Assembly: GCA_045601385.1 (NCBI GenBank)
Contig: JAZRZM010000016.1
Span: 9,962-73,961 of the forward strand
DNA length: 64,000 bases
Direction: 5' to 3'
Source: Clostridia bacterium
GTDB taxonomy: Bacteria; Bacillota; Clostridia; Christensenellales; DTU072
Under the pieces are notes generated by a model, which ran no database searches, had not been told where the DNA came from, and worked only from the letters and a program-made list of their open reading frames with translations. A program made the position numbers and the translations under genes. Below, piece after piece: positions 1 through 9,127 of this stretch; position 1 is the stretch's first letter; the number at the start of each line of letters is the position of its first letter.

Positions 1-666
1 GTCGCGCGGTTGAACGTTATGTTGATGGTGGGACAGCCCAAATTGACGAGCGAATACATTCAGGCATCCAGCCGTGTCGGAAGATCGTTCCCGGGAGTAG
101 CATTCGTACAGTATGACGCGACAAAGAGCAGAGATCGTTCTCATTATGAGCGTTTCAGAGCATATCACGATTCGTTTTACAGATTTGTTGAACCGACAGG
201 TGCTACTCCTTTTTCTAAGCCGGCAAGAGAAAGAGCGCTTCATGCAGTTATGACTGCTTTGATTAGGCAAAAAGAAGCTTTGTCAGATGACCGCTCTGCC
301 GTATATTTCGACAAAGATGCCTTTGAGGACACTCTCAATGAGATTAGGAATTTTATTACAGGTAGAATCCGTGAGATCAATGCAAGAGATGCTGCTCAAC
401 TCAAAGACGATATTGCGGATGTGGAAGGCGAAATGTCTGAGTTTATCGAGTATTGGCAAGAAGCCGTTAACAGATCGCAAGAAGAGGGAGATACGCCTTT
501 GTGTTTCGGAAGAAAACATATGGTTGTTCCCCCCGCTTCCGGCGAACACAGGCTCTTAAAAATGTATGGCTCTTCCGGGAAAGATGATGCCAAAAACACT
601 TTGACTTCGATGAGAAATGTTGATTCTTCCGTTACGGGAAGCGTTATTATTTGGGAGGTTGAATGA
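1..666 (+). CDS. drmA: DISARM DrmA-like SF2 helicase, C-terminal part (starts upstream of window)
   Basis: Helicase motif VI-like SEYIQASSRVGR, then RDRSHYERF..YH..FY..VEP..TPFS..ARERALHA and terminal TLTSMRNVD typical of DrmA; overlaps drmB start. Confidence 0.85.
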   Translation, partial: VARLNVMLMVGQPKLTSEYIQASSRVGRSFPGVAFVQYDATKSRDRSHYERFRAYHDSFYRFVEPTGATPFSKPARERALHAVMTALIRQKEALSDDRSAVYFDKDAFEDTLNEIRNFITGRIREINARDAAQLKDDIADVEGEMSEFIEYWQEAVNRSQEEGDTPLCFGRKHMVVPPASGEHRLLKMYGSSGKDDAKNTLTSMRNVDSSVTGSVIIWEVE

Positions 667-2519
667 TGTCTGAGCAGATAAAAGAAAAAGTAGAATTGAA
701 TCATGTTACTCATTCCGTGAGAGCTGCACAGGCGGTTCTTCAATACGGCGTCGGAGCAATGGTGGACTTTCCCGACCAGACATTGGTTACCGCTGCTCCG
801 GAATATTGGAGCGGAATCGCTCGGATTTATGATGATCGTTTCGCTAAAGCTCTTGGCGTTGATTATTTTGCAATGCCGACGGCAATTTCGTATACACGCT
901 TTCCGGAATGGTATTTTTGCCCCAAATGTCGTGATTTTAAGCCATTGAAACAGTGGATATCGGAATATAAAAGAAAAGCAAAACCAAAAACACTCGAGTA
1001 TGACGGTAATATGGTTATGCATTTGCAGTGCCAGCAATGCCATCAGGATTTGGTGGTAGCTCGTATCGTTACAGTATGTGCATGCGGTCATTTAAATGAT
1101 TTTCCATGGGTCAAATGGGTTCATGCGCGAAACGTAAGTGGTTCAAAGCCTATATGCGGAAATCCGACATTGAAATTCAAAACAGGAGCATCCGGCTCCG
1201 AAGGTTTGGAGGGACTATCAATAGAATGCTCTTGCGGAGCAAAAACAACATTGAAGGATGCCTTCAACAAGGACATTTTCGAAGACTTGGATAAAAAAGA
1301 AAATACACCGGGGTTCAAATGCGAGGGCAATCATCCTTTTAAACACACGAAAGCGGGATGCGGATTATATCCAAGAACGGTCCAGCGAGGAGCATCGTCC
1401 GTTTATTTTCCGGTTACACACAGTTCTCTTGTTATTCCTCCATATGCCGATAAACTAAACACGAAAATCGAGCAAAGTAATGAATACGAGACATGCATCG
1501 GAATAATTAGTGACGAGGAAACCCAAGAAGAAAAAAACGTGTTGATTTCAAAGCGCCTCTCAAAATGGGCAGAACGAATCGCATTGGAAATAGGTGCTTT
1601 GAAAGCGGATGTCGAAAAGATATTGGAGGAAAAGTGGTTACAACCGTCCGAAGATATCGTGGATGTTACCAGTGTGAAATATCGATTCGAAGAATATATG
1701 GCGTTAACCGGAGAAATATCGACGCCTAAGGGATCACTGGGTGATTTTTCGAGAGAAGAACCCGATATAAGCGAATACGGTCTCCCACATATCAAAACCA
1801 TTTCTTTAGTCGATAAAGTTCGTGTAGTAAATGCGTTGGTTGGCTTTTCGAGAATTACTCCCGCAATGAATAAAGATGATGCCGGATTTGTCTCTGTAAA
1901 AGATTCCGGAACCAACTGGTATCCTGCATATGAAGTGCGCGGAGAGGGCATTTTCATTGAGTTTGAACAGAAAGACATTGACGATTGGATTCGGAATAAT
2001 CCGGTTGTTCTTGAGAGAGCAGAACGGCTCGCTACAAACTATCGTGAGTCTTTCATCGGGAAAAACCATCCCCGAAAAATTACTCCCAAGTTTATAATGT
2101 TACACACTCTGTCACACCTGTTGATTACCCAACTAAGTTTTGAATGCGGCTATAGCGTCGCTTCATTAAGTGAGCGCCTATACTGTTCCGAAGAATCGGA
2201 CGGAAAGCAGATGGCAGGAATATTGATTTATACTGCCAGCGGAGATTCGGAAGGTACACTTGGAGGTCTTGTGCGTCAAGGGCTCCCTGATGCTTTCCCG
2301 AGAATTTTCAAAAAGGCCATTCTATCAGCAAAAACCTGTTCAAATGATCCGGTATGTATTATGAGTCACGGCCAGGGACGAGACTCTCTTAATTTGGCAG
2401 CCTGCCACGCTTGCGCCTTGCTTCCCGAAACCTGTTGTGAAGAGCGTAATGCATTTCTGGATAGAGGTATGATCACAGGGACATTTGATAAACCGCAAAT
2501 TGGTTTTTGGAATGAATAA
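663..2519 (+). CDS. drmB: DISARM DrmB-like protein (DUF1998 domain)
   Basis: N-term VR.AQ.V..YGVGAMVD, RFPEWYFCPKC, C..GHL.DFPW, GEGIFIEF, HTLSHLLI..L...CGY..ASL.ER.Y, CSNDPVC...LAACHAC.LLPETCCE..N..LDR; RBS GGAGG at ~653. Confidence 0.9.
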   Translation: MMSEQIKEKVELNHVTHSVRAAQAVLQYGVGAMVDFPDQTLVTAAPEYWSGIARIYDDRFAKALGVDYFAMPTAISYTRFPEWYFCPKCRDFKPLKQWISEYKRKAKPKTLEYDGNMVMHLQCQQCHQDLVVARIVTVCACGHLNDFPWVKWVHARNVSGSKPICGNPTLKFKTGASGSEGLEGLSIECSCGAKTTLKDAFNKDIFEDLDKKENTPGFKCEGNHPFKHTKAGCGLYPRTVQRGASSVYFPVTHSSLVIPPYADKLNTKIEQSNEYETCIGIISDEETQEEKNVLISKRLSKWAERIALEIGALKADVEKILEEKWLQPSEDIVDVTSVKYRFEEYMALTGEISTPKGSLGDFSREEPDISEYGLPHIKTISLVDKVRVVNALVGFSRITPAMNKDDAGFVSVKDSGTNWYPAYEVRGEGIFIEFEQKDIDDWIRNNPVVLERAERLATNYRESFIGKNHPRKITPKFIMLHTLSHLLITQLSFECGYSVASLSERLYCSEESDGKQMAGILIYTASGDSEGTLGGLVRQGLPDAFPRIFKKAILSAKTCSNDPVCIMSHGQGRDSLNLAACHACALLPETCCEERNAFLDRGMITGTFDKPQIGFWNE

Positions 2520-2634
2520 AAGCGATGCACTCGTGACACCACCAGTGATGCCACTTGATTGATCAACGAACAGAATTTTTTGCAACAAATAGATAGTTTT
2601 TTCATTTTTCACGAATGAGAGGGAGAAAGCATTT

Positions 2635-3843
2635 ATGGGGCGTAGAACAAAATGTGTTTATTGCGGAAAAATAATCACGACTCGAAGCCGTGAGCATATT
2701 ATTCAAAATGCTTTGGGCGGGTTGTATGAATCTGAAGATATTTGTTGCCCCAAATGTAACAATCTTATCAGCAAATCGATTGATGTTCCTTTCGTCAAAA
2801 CTTTTAACCCGATTATTACTCGTATTGAAAACTTGACAAAAACCAACAATAAAAAATCTCATCCTATTTGCACCGGAAAAGCATTATATCAAGGTTCATT
2901 ATATGATGTTACAATCAAAAATGGAAAAATTGTTGCCTGCCCATTACTGAGTAAAAAATTAAAATGCGACATTTCAAAACTTCCGTTAGAAATAGTTGGA
3001 TATGATTTTCCAATTGACAATACGTCATTTTTTAATGGCATTTGTAAAATTGCATTTAATTATGCTCTTGAAAAAGGAATTGACGTTAACGATTTAAAGA
3101 AAGGATTACTGTTAACCGTAGAAAACAATGAAATCACAAAAATCTCCTTTAAGTATACCATTATTCCTTTTGTTCCTCTAAACCAACTTGACGAACATAT
3201 AGAATTAGGCACGGAAGTGACTCTGTACCATAATTTGATTTTGTTCAGCCAAGGTAAAAATCTTTGGTGTTATGTGGATCTGTTTAATACGTTTCAGTAT
3301 TATGTCCTTTTATCCGACACATGGAAAAATACCGTGGCTATACAAGAGTCTTATCTTCAGCTACTTCAAAAAATTGACCGTACTATTCCAGATTTATATA
3401 TACGGAAGCCCAAGCAGATTCTTACCTACGCAATGTTTTACAATATCGAACCATGTTTAGATCTGTCAGAGTTCAAAAAACGTGTTGAAGAAGCAATAAA
3501 AAGTGAGTCGCAGAAAAAAACTATTTCTGATGTCATTTCACCAAGGATGAATTTTGGTTATTTGAAACCAGAGGTAATTCAGCAAATGAGTAAAGCGGAA
3601 CTTATAAATCTACTTAAGCCATATAATTTTTACTCTGACGAAAAAGATCATTTGAGAGAAGACCGCTTTCGACAGGTTACATTACTCGGATCAGATTTTG
3701 ATTATACTTCGTATCCGTTACTGATTCAAACTTACTTGCAAAAAGGCAAAATAGATGTTCGAAAGTATACATTTGCCAAATTTGAAAAACTCAATATGTT
3801 TTTATCAAAGCTTGATAAGGTAGAGAATTCAGAAGATAAATAA
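2635..3843 (+). CDS. HNH endonuclease with long C-terminal domain of unknown function
   Basis: CVYC...SREHIIQNALGG...CPKCNN (HNH_5-like Zn/HNH motif); AT-rich gene; GGGAG RBS. Confidence 0.8.
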   Translation: MGRRTKCVYCGKIITTRSREHIIQNALGGLYESEDICCPKCNNLISKSIDVPFVKTFNPIITRIENLTKTNNKKSHPICTGKALYQGSLYDVTIKNGKIVACPLLSKKLKCDISKLPLEIVGYDFPIDNTSFFNGICKIAFNYALEKGIDVNDLKKGLLLTVENNEITKISFKYTIIPFVPLNQLDEHIELGTEVTLYHNLILFSQGKNLWCYVDLFNTFQYYVLLSDTWKNTVAIQESYLQLLQKIDRTIPDLYIRKPKQILTYAMFYNIEPCLDLSEFKKRVEEAIKSESQKKTISDVISPRMNFGYLKPEVIQQMSKAELINLLKPYNFYSDEKDHLREDRFRQVTLLGSDFDYTSYPLLIQTYLQKGKIDVRKYTFAKFEKLNMFLSKLDKVENSEDK

Positions 3844-3887
3844 CTTCCTATCATACGCAGGGTAATCTAAAATTATACTCTGTTATC

Positions 3888-3916
3888 TTGACTTCTTGCC
3901 AGCTTTATGCTATACT
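3888..3916 (+). promoter_or_regulatory. sigma-A promoter with extended -10, no downstream CDS
   Basis: TTGACT-17 bp-TATACT with TGn before -10. Confidence 0.7.
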
Positions 3917-3921
3917 GTGCA

Positions 3922-4086
3922 TAGAAAAATAAACAGGACTCGAGGGGCTTTCACCGAGGGGACGCTACCATCAGGTTTATACGATTACAGTGTTATGGAT
4001 CGGAACACACCCCTATATTATTCAAAATCTTCAATATTACCCAAAAAAGCGCACAGAACTCATTTCTGAATTCTGTGCGCTTTTTC
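3922..4086 (+). ncRNA. candidate small non-coding RNA
   Basis: Lies between a near-consensus promoter and a terminator; internal pairings CTCG/CGAG, AGGGG/CCCCT, GTGTT/AACAC; no RBS-led ORF. Confidence 0.4.
4043..4085. terminator. bidirectional intrinsic terminator
   Basis: AAAAAAGCGCACAGAA-loop-TTCTGTGCGCTTTTT. Confidence 0.8.
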
Positions 4087-4299
4087 GGCACTCTCAATCG
4101 GCTCTTTTCATAACATCCTTATGAGAAGTTGCCTTCCGGTTACCTTTTTATTCTTTCACATTCTCCCGCCGAAACAACGGACTGTCGAAAAACTGTTCCA
4201 AACTCATATCGAACCCCTCGCAGACGAACGGTAAAAAAGCCAAAAACGAACAAATTATGCAAAAACGCTTGCTAAATTAAAGATTATATGGTAAAGTAT

Positions 4300-4365
4300 G
4301 CGTTAGCCGCATAGAAAGGGTAAATTCAAGCGCGTTTTGCCACCCCGATAGCGAGTCTTCTGAAG
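4300..4365 (+). promoter_or_regulatory. L21 leader RNA
   Basis: TAGCCGCA...GGGT...ACCC...GCGAGTC directly upstream of the rplU RBS; position and motif fit the L21 leader. Confidence 0.6.
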
Positions 4366-4379
4366 GAGGTTATGTTTTT

Positions 4380-4685
4380 ATGTACGCAATTATCGAAGCC
4401 GGTGGCAAACAGTACAAAGTGGAACAGGATTCCGTTTTGAAAGTAGAATACTTGGCACAAGATGATAACGCGGCCGTTCGTTTCAAGGTCCTCATGATCA
4501 GCGATAACGGAGTCGTCGCAGCCGGCAAAGAAGTGGAAAACGCCTATGCCGAAGCCGTCGTCGTCCGTTCCGGCAAAGGTCCGAAAATCGACATCTTCAA
4601 GTATAAATCGAAGAAAAACGAACGCAAGCGTCAAGGTCATCGTCAACCGTATACCGAAGTAAAAATTACCGCTATCGTTAAGTAA
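4380..4685 (+). CDS. rplU: 50S ribosomal protein L21
   Basis: MYAIIEAGGKQYKV...KRQGHRQPYTEVKI. Confidence 0.98.
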   Translation: MYAIIEAGGKQYKVEQDSVLKVEYLAQDDNAAVRFKVLMISDNGVVAAGKEVENAYAEAVVVRSGKGPKIDIFKYKSKKNERKRQGHRQPYTEVKITAIVK

Positions 4686-4697
4686 TTTTTTTTGGGT

Positions 4698-5018
4698 ATG
4701 ATTCGCATCGTATTGACAAAAGACGGAGACAAAATCCGTTCGGTAGAGATAAAGGGGCACGCGGGATACGCCAAATACGGTAAAGACATCGTATGCAGCG
4801 CCGTCAGCAGTATAGCGTGCACCGCCCTACTCGGATTGATTCGGTTTTCCACCCGAAAGGTCGAGTATATCAAAGAAGACGGCTACCTTCGTTTCTCCGT
4901 ACCCGTTGCGGAAACGGAAGAAGAAAAGATACGGACGGAAGCCATACTGGAAACGATGATACTCGGGTTGCGGGATGTTCAGTCAGGCTATCAAGCCTAT
5001 GTAAAAATGGAGGAATAA
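4698..5018 (+). CDS. prp: ribosomal-processing cysteine protease Prp (YsxB)
   Basis: GHAGY..YGKDIVCSAVS motif, located between rplU and rpmA. Confidence 0.93.
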   Translation: MIRIVLTKDGDKIRSVEIKGHAGYAKYGKDIVCSAVSSIACTALLGLIRFSTRKVEYIKEDGYLRFSVPVAETEEEKIRTEAILETMILGLRDVQSGYQAYVKMEE

Positions 5019-5021
5019 GAC

Positions 5022-5306
5022 ATGTTTTTCAATATTCAGATGTTTGCCCATAAAAAAGGTATGGGTAGCACAAGAAACGGTCGTGACAGCGAGTCCAAAA
5101 GACTCGGACCGAAGAGAAGCGATGGACAAAAATGCCTCGCAGGGAATATACTCGTCCGTCAACGCGGCACGAAGTTCCATGCGGGCGTCAACGTCGGGAT
5201 CGGCAAAGACGATACCCTCTTCGCTTTAATCGACGGCGTCGTTCGTTTTGAAGAAGCAGGAACACGCGATAAGAGATACAAACAAGTCAGCGTTTACGCC
5301 GAATAA
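5022..5306 (+). CDS. rpmA: 50S ribosomal protein L27 with Prp-cleaved N-terminal extension
   Basis: MFFNIQMF|[21 protein letters not shown]. Confidence 0.98.
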   Translation: MFFNIQMFAHKKGMGSTRNGRDSESKRLGPKRSDGQKCLAGNILVRQRGTKFHAGVNVGIGKDDTLFALIDGVVRFEEAGTRDKRYKQVSVYAE

Positions 5307-5510
5307 TAAGGTATCAAAAACGTAATTTCGCAAAATCAAAGGTTTACGGGAACCGAAAAACATATTTTTATGCACATTATTTTGCCTTTTTTGAAAAAAT
5401 ATGTTTTTCCCTATTGCAAAACCGACCGACACATGTTATAATGAACGCAAGTGAAAGACACAAACACTTGCGTTTTATGTAAGAAAGAAAAAAAAAACGG
5501 AGGATATATC

Positions 5511-6074
5511 ATGAAACCGAAAATTGCTTTATTGATTGACTTGGGTAGTTTGAGAATCTCCTGCGACGGATACAAAAAACTCGCGGCAGAAATCGAAAAA
5601 ACCTACGAAATCGCTTTTGTTAAGTTTTATAGCTACGTAGCGAAACGTAACCGCGATTTCAACGAATTTATCGCGGCAAAAGGATACGACGCAGTTACGC
5701 CCGTAGCAAGTCGCAGAAGAAACAAATTGGATAGTCGCCAAATCATCGACGGAACAAAAATCAGCATGAATTCCACCGTCGACGCAGTAGCTTTCGCAGT
5801 AGGTGAAGGCGACATCCTGCCGATCGTCACCGAACTGAAAAAGGGCGGAAAAGACGTCATCGAAATCGGCGTGCGCGAGGGTGCGTATTCGGAAGCTTTC
5901 TCCGGCTTCATCGCGGTCGATCCCGCTTGCCTCAGAGAAGGTTATGCCGCTCCCACCACGAAGAAAATGCCCAAAGCGCCCAAGAAACCCCGTCAAGAAA
6001 GCGAATATATCGCTGACGCGCGTAAAGTTCTTGCCGGCAACGCACAATCCATTCTCGAAAAATACAGACACTGA
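5511..6074 (+). CDS. NYN (PIN-like) domain protein
   Basis: KIALLID...D..AFAVGEGDILPIVTELKKGGKDVIEIG resembles the NYN/LabA fold; GGAGG RBS; terminator at ~6090-6123. Confidence 0.65.
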   Translation: MKPKIALLIDLGSLRISCDGYKKLAAEIEKTYEIAFVKFYSYVAKRNRDFNEFIAAKGYDAVTPVASRRRNKLDSRQIIDGTKISMNSTVDAVAFAVGEGDILPIVTELKKGGKDVIEIGVREGAYSEAFSGFIAVDPACLREGYAAPTTKKMPKAPKKPRQESEYIADARKVLAGNAQSILEKYRH

Positions 6075-6121
6075 GTTTTCGAAGCAAATAAAAAGGGGGC
6101 TGTTTTTTAACAGCCCTTTTT

Positions 6122-7585
6122 TTATTCTTCGGTCAGGATCGTTTCGGCAAATGTCGTCGCCGTCGTCCCCTCTCCCATCCAACCGGAAATCAGACCTCCG
6201 ACGTCCGTTTTCAGGCATTTGTTACACACATTGACAAAGTCGGACATGGTCGCCGTCTTATGCGCATATTCTTTGGCAAAAGTCGCAAGACATTGATTCG
6301 TCTTTTCTTTTCCGTACAGTTCGTACAGGCTATCGAACATCATGCAGGACTTATAATACATCAACATGGTATACTGGTAAGATGTATAATCGTACAACGA
6401 ACCGTCCAAGTTGAGTTTTAAGCCCGTTTGACGGCGTTTTTGCAAGGTTTCATACCGCGTATAAGTCTTTTTGATCGCGGTCATTTTTGTTTCAAACGTC
6501 TCCGTATCGCCGATTAAGTCGTAATAATAAGCGGTGCAAAAAGAAGCGAGTCCCTCGTCGAGCGCGCTTTGCCGAACGCTGTCGTTGCCGACCAGGTTAT
6601 ACCACCATTGATGAGCCGTTTCGTGCAAAAGAACGTCGGTCGTTTCACTGCCCGCCGACTGCGAAACGAGAACAAGACCGCTGTATTCCATCCCACTGTA
6701 ATCAAAAGGGATGCACACCACCGAATAGGAATCGAGTTCCGCCGAGCCGAACGCGCCGTCGAATGCCTCGAACGCCGCTTTCACCGTCGAAAAATTCTGT
6801 TCCGCCTGCACGTCGTCCAAGTAAAAATAGGAGATTTCCGTATCGCAAACGGTGTCGGTCAAAACCTGAAAATCACCGCAGGCGACAAAGGCAAAGTCGC
6901 GGATATAATTGCCGTCGCAGGTATAAACGGACGTTTCTTCGCCGATTTCGCGGTTGCTTATTTTTGCCGAAGAAGCCACGACGAGGTTACTCGGACAGGT
7001 CAGTTCCACATGATAGCAAGCCGCCGACGAATACATCGGATCGCCGACCGTCGTAAACGCGTCTTTCAAAAATCCGTCTTCGGAGTACACCGCAAGTTGA
7101 GGATAGAACGACGTCAAAGCATACACGCCGTTATAACAGCCGAAACGCAGGCGCGATTCGGGAATGGTCACCGTGTATTCAAAACCGATCGTAACCGAGT
7201 CGCCTTTTGCCACGTTCGACAGTGGTACGGTCAGATACTCTTTGTTTTCATCCGACGAAAAAGTCGTTTCTGCGCCGCCGACCGTTACTTTTTGTACTTC
7301 GATACCGCCGTAAGAATCGAGAAAACCGTTATACGCTTTATCGCAAGCGTCTTCGGCATAGCAATTCGGATACAGATGAAACACCGCTTCGTTCAGCCCG
7401 TCCCGATACACGTTGACAAACCGCACCGTCTGGCTTGCTTCAAGCAAGTTGTCTTCCCGCAAGTCAAGCCGCATATCGTATTCTATCTTTTCTGCGGGCG
7501 TTTCGTCCTTTTTTGTGCATGCGACAAGCGCGATCACGCCGCACAAAATCAAAACCGACAGCATAATCGGAATTATTTTTTTCAT
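6122..7585 (-). CDS. M1-family zinc aminopeptidase, lipoprotein
   Basis: Lipobox LVAC; SGMEY, HETAHQWW...DEGLA. Confidence 0.9.
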   Translation of the reverse strand: MKKIIPIMLSVLILCGVIALVACTKKDETPAEKIEYDMRLDLREDNLLEASQTVRFVNVYRDGLNEAVFHLYPNCYAEDACDKAYNGFLDSYGGIEVQKVTVGGAETTFSSDENKEYLTVPLSNVAKGDSVTIGFEYTVTIPESRLRFGCYNGVYALTSFYPQLAVYSEDGFLKDAFTTVGDPMYSSAACYHVELTCPSNLVVASSAKISNREIGEETSVYTCDGNYIRDFAFVACGDFQVLTDTVCDTEISYFYLDDVQAEQNFSTVKAAFEAFDGAFGSAELDSYSVVCIPFDYSGMEYSGLVLVSQSAGSETTDVLLHETAHQWWYNLVGNDSVRQSALDEGLASFCTAYYYDLIGDTETFETKMTAIKKTYTRYETLQKRRQTGLKLNLDGSLYDYTSYQYTMLMYYKSCMMFDSLYELYGKEKTNQCLATFAKEYAHKTATMSDFVNVCNKCLKTDVGGLISGWMGEGTTATTFAETILTEE

Positions 7586-7649
7586 AGCAATACCTCTCAA
7601 TTTTTTGCTATTACTCTATGACGGATATTGACAAAAAATAACAAAAATA

Positions 7650-8477
7650 CTAAAAAAAGATTTCTTTCTCCCGATGAACGACGCTGTTGATCGCCTTGGA
7701 AATAACATACGCGTAGTCCTCGATCAAAAAGTCCGTATCGCGTGCGGATACGACCATATCGGAATATCCGACGGCTTTTTTATTCGGCTTTTCGCAGCAT
7801 TCGGCGAGGATCTTTCCGACGTATATGACAAGCGGAACGCCGATTGCGAGAATCGGAACGTGCAAAGTCTTTTCCGACAAAACGCGTTTTGCATTGCCCA
7901 CGCCGCCGCCCGGTTCGATACCGCCGTCCGACAGTTGCACGCAGCAACCGAGGCGTGACAAAGAAGAGCAGGCAAGCGTGTCCACGACGATAACGAAATC
8001 CGGTCTGACCGTCTTGACCGCACCCGAAATAAGGTCGAAACTCTCTATGCCCGTCACGCCGCCGACATTCGCTTTCAGGTAGCACAGATTTCCGTACGCT
8101 CCGCCCGAAAAATCGCCGTCGCAAACATGGGACGTGACGAACAGTTTTTCACAAGCGGCACTCCCCAGCCTATCGACGGTCACTTTCTCGTTGCCCAAGC
8201 CGACCACAAGCACTTTTGAACGGGTACCGACAGAATACTTCCGAAAATACTTATGAAGCACCTTGCCGATTTCCGCCGACAGACGGTTTTTTGCGTCGTC
8301 GTTCCCGAACAGATTTTCACCCGTGCGCAAAGTAAAATAGGTATTGCCGTTATTTTTGCCGTCCGAACGCGAAATAACGATTTTGCCAAAGTATTTTTTT
8401 TCTTCGACCGAATCGTATTCCGTCGCGTCTTGACACAAAGCCGTTTCGTCCGCCATCTCTCTGAAAACTCTCGACAT
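7650..8477 (-). CDS. gpr: spore germination protease GPR-like
   Basis: VLVVGLGN..VT.D.LG, G.TGIES, IVVDTLA...RL...VQLSD.GI.PG.GVGN; divergent from rpsT as in other Firmicutes. Confidence 0.85.
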   Translation of the reverse strand: MSRVFREMADETALCQDATEYDSVEEKKYFGKIVISRSDGKNNGNTYFTLRTGENLFGNDDAKNRLSAEIGKVLHKYFRKYSVGTRSKVLVVGLGNEKVTVDRLGSAACEKLFVTSHVCDGDFSGGAYGNLCYLKANVGGVTGIESFDLISGAVKTVRPDFVIVVDTLACSSLSRLGCCVQLSDGGIEPGGGVGNAKRVLSEKTLHVPILAIGVPLVIYVGKILAECCEKPNKKAVGYSDMVVSARDTDFLIEDYAYVISKAINSVVHREKEIFF

Positions 8478-8629
8478 ACTTCCTTTTATTGCCTTTACGG
8501 CAAAAAATAGTCTCCCCGAAAACGAAAAAATCGGGAATATATATTTTTAAGCATAATTTTGTTGCATTTTTCCCGTCCTTATGCTAAAATATTTCAGCAT
8601 TGAAAAATAAGTCTCACAAGGAGTAAAAT

Positions 8630-8911
8630 ATGCCCATTATCAAATCGCAAAAAAAACGCGTACTTATCACGAAAGAAGAGAATGCCCGTAACAACAGCAT
8701 CCGCAGCGAAGTGAAAAACGCCGTTAAAAAGTATGAACTTTCCATCGCGGAAAACCGTCTTGACGACGCAGCCGAATTGCTGAAAAACGCTATCTCGGTC
8801 ATCGACGAAGCAAAAAGCAAAGGCGTCTATCACATCAATACCGTTTCCCGTAAAAAAGCCAGACTGACCAAAATGTACGATCAGGCTGTGAAAGCCTCGA
8901 AAGAAGCGTAA
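8630..8911 (+). CDS. rpsT: 30S ribosomal protein S20
   Basis: MPIIKSQKKR...KGVYHINTVSRKKARL. Confidence 0.97.
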   Translation: MPIIKSQKKRVLITKEENARNNSIRSEVKNAVKKYELSIAENRLDDAAELLKNAISVIDEAKSKGVYHINTVSRKKARLTKMYDQAVKASKEA

Positions 8912-9127
8912 GTCTTTCCTTTTTTTACACATTATTTCCGAATACGTACCCGACCGAAATCCGGTCGGGTTGTTGTGTTTGTCGCATTTTTTGCGGCATT
9001 TTTTTTATTTGCTTTTTTTTATGCGATAATAACCGACGAATTAAAAAAAAGCCCTTGTGGAATATGTGCCTTTATGTTATACTAAAATAGTCCTTGTAGA
9101 AGGAATATTAAAAAGGAGACTCAAAAA

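Noticed and set aside
3995-4069. 24-codon ORF inside the candidate sRNA
   Set aside because: No RBS, not hydrophobic like type I toxins, and it runs into the terminator stem.
5022-5045. N-terminal extension on L27
   Set aside because: Known Firmicute feature removed by the adjacent Prp protease.
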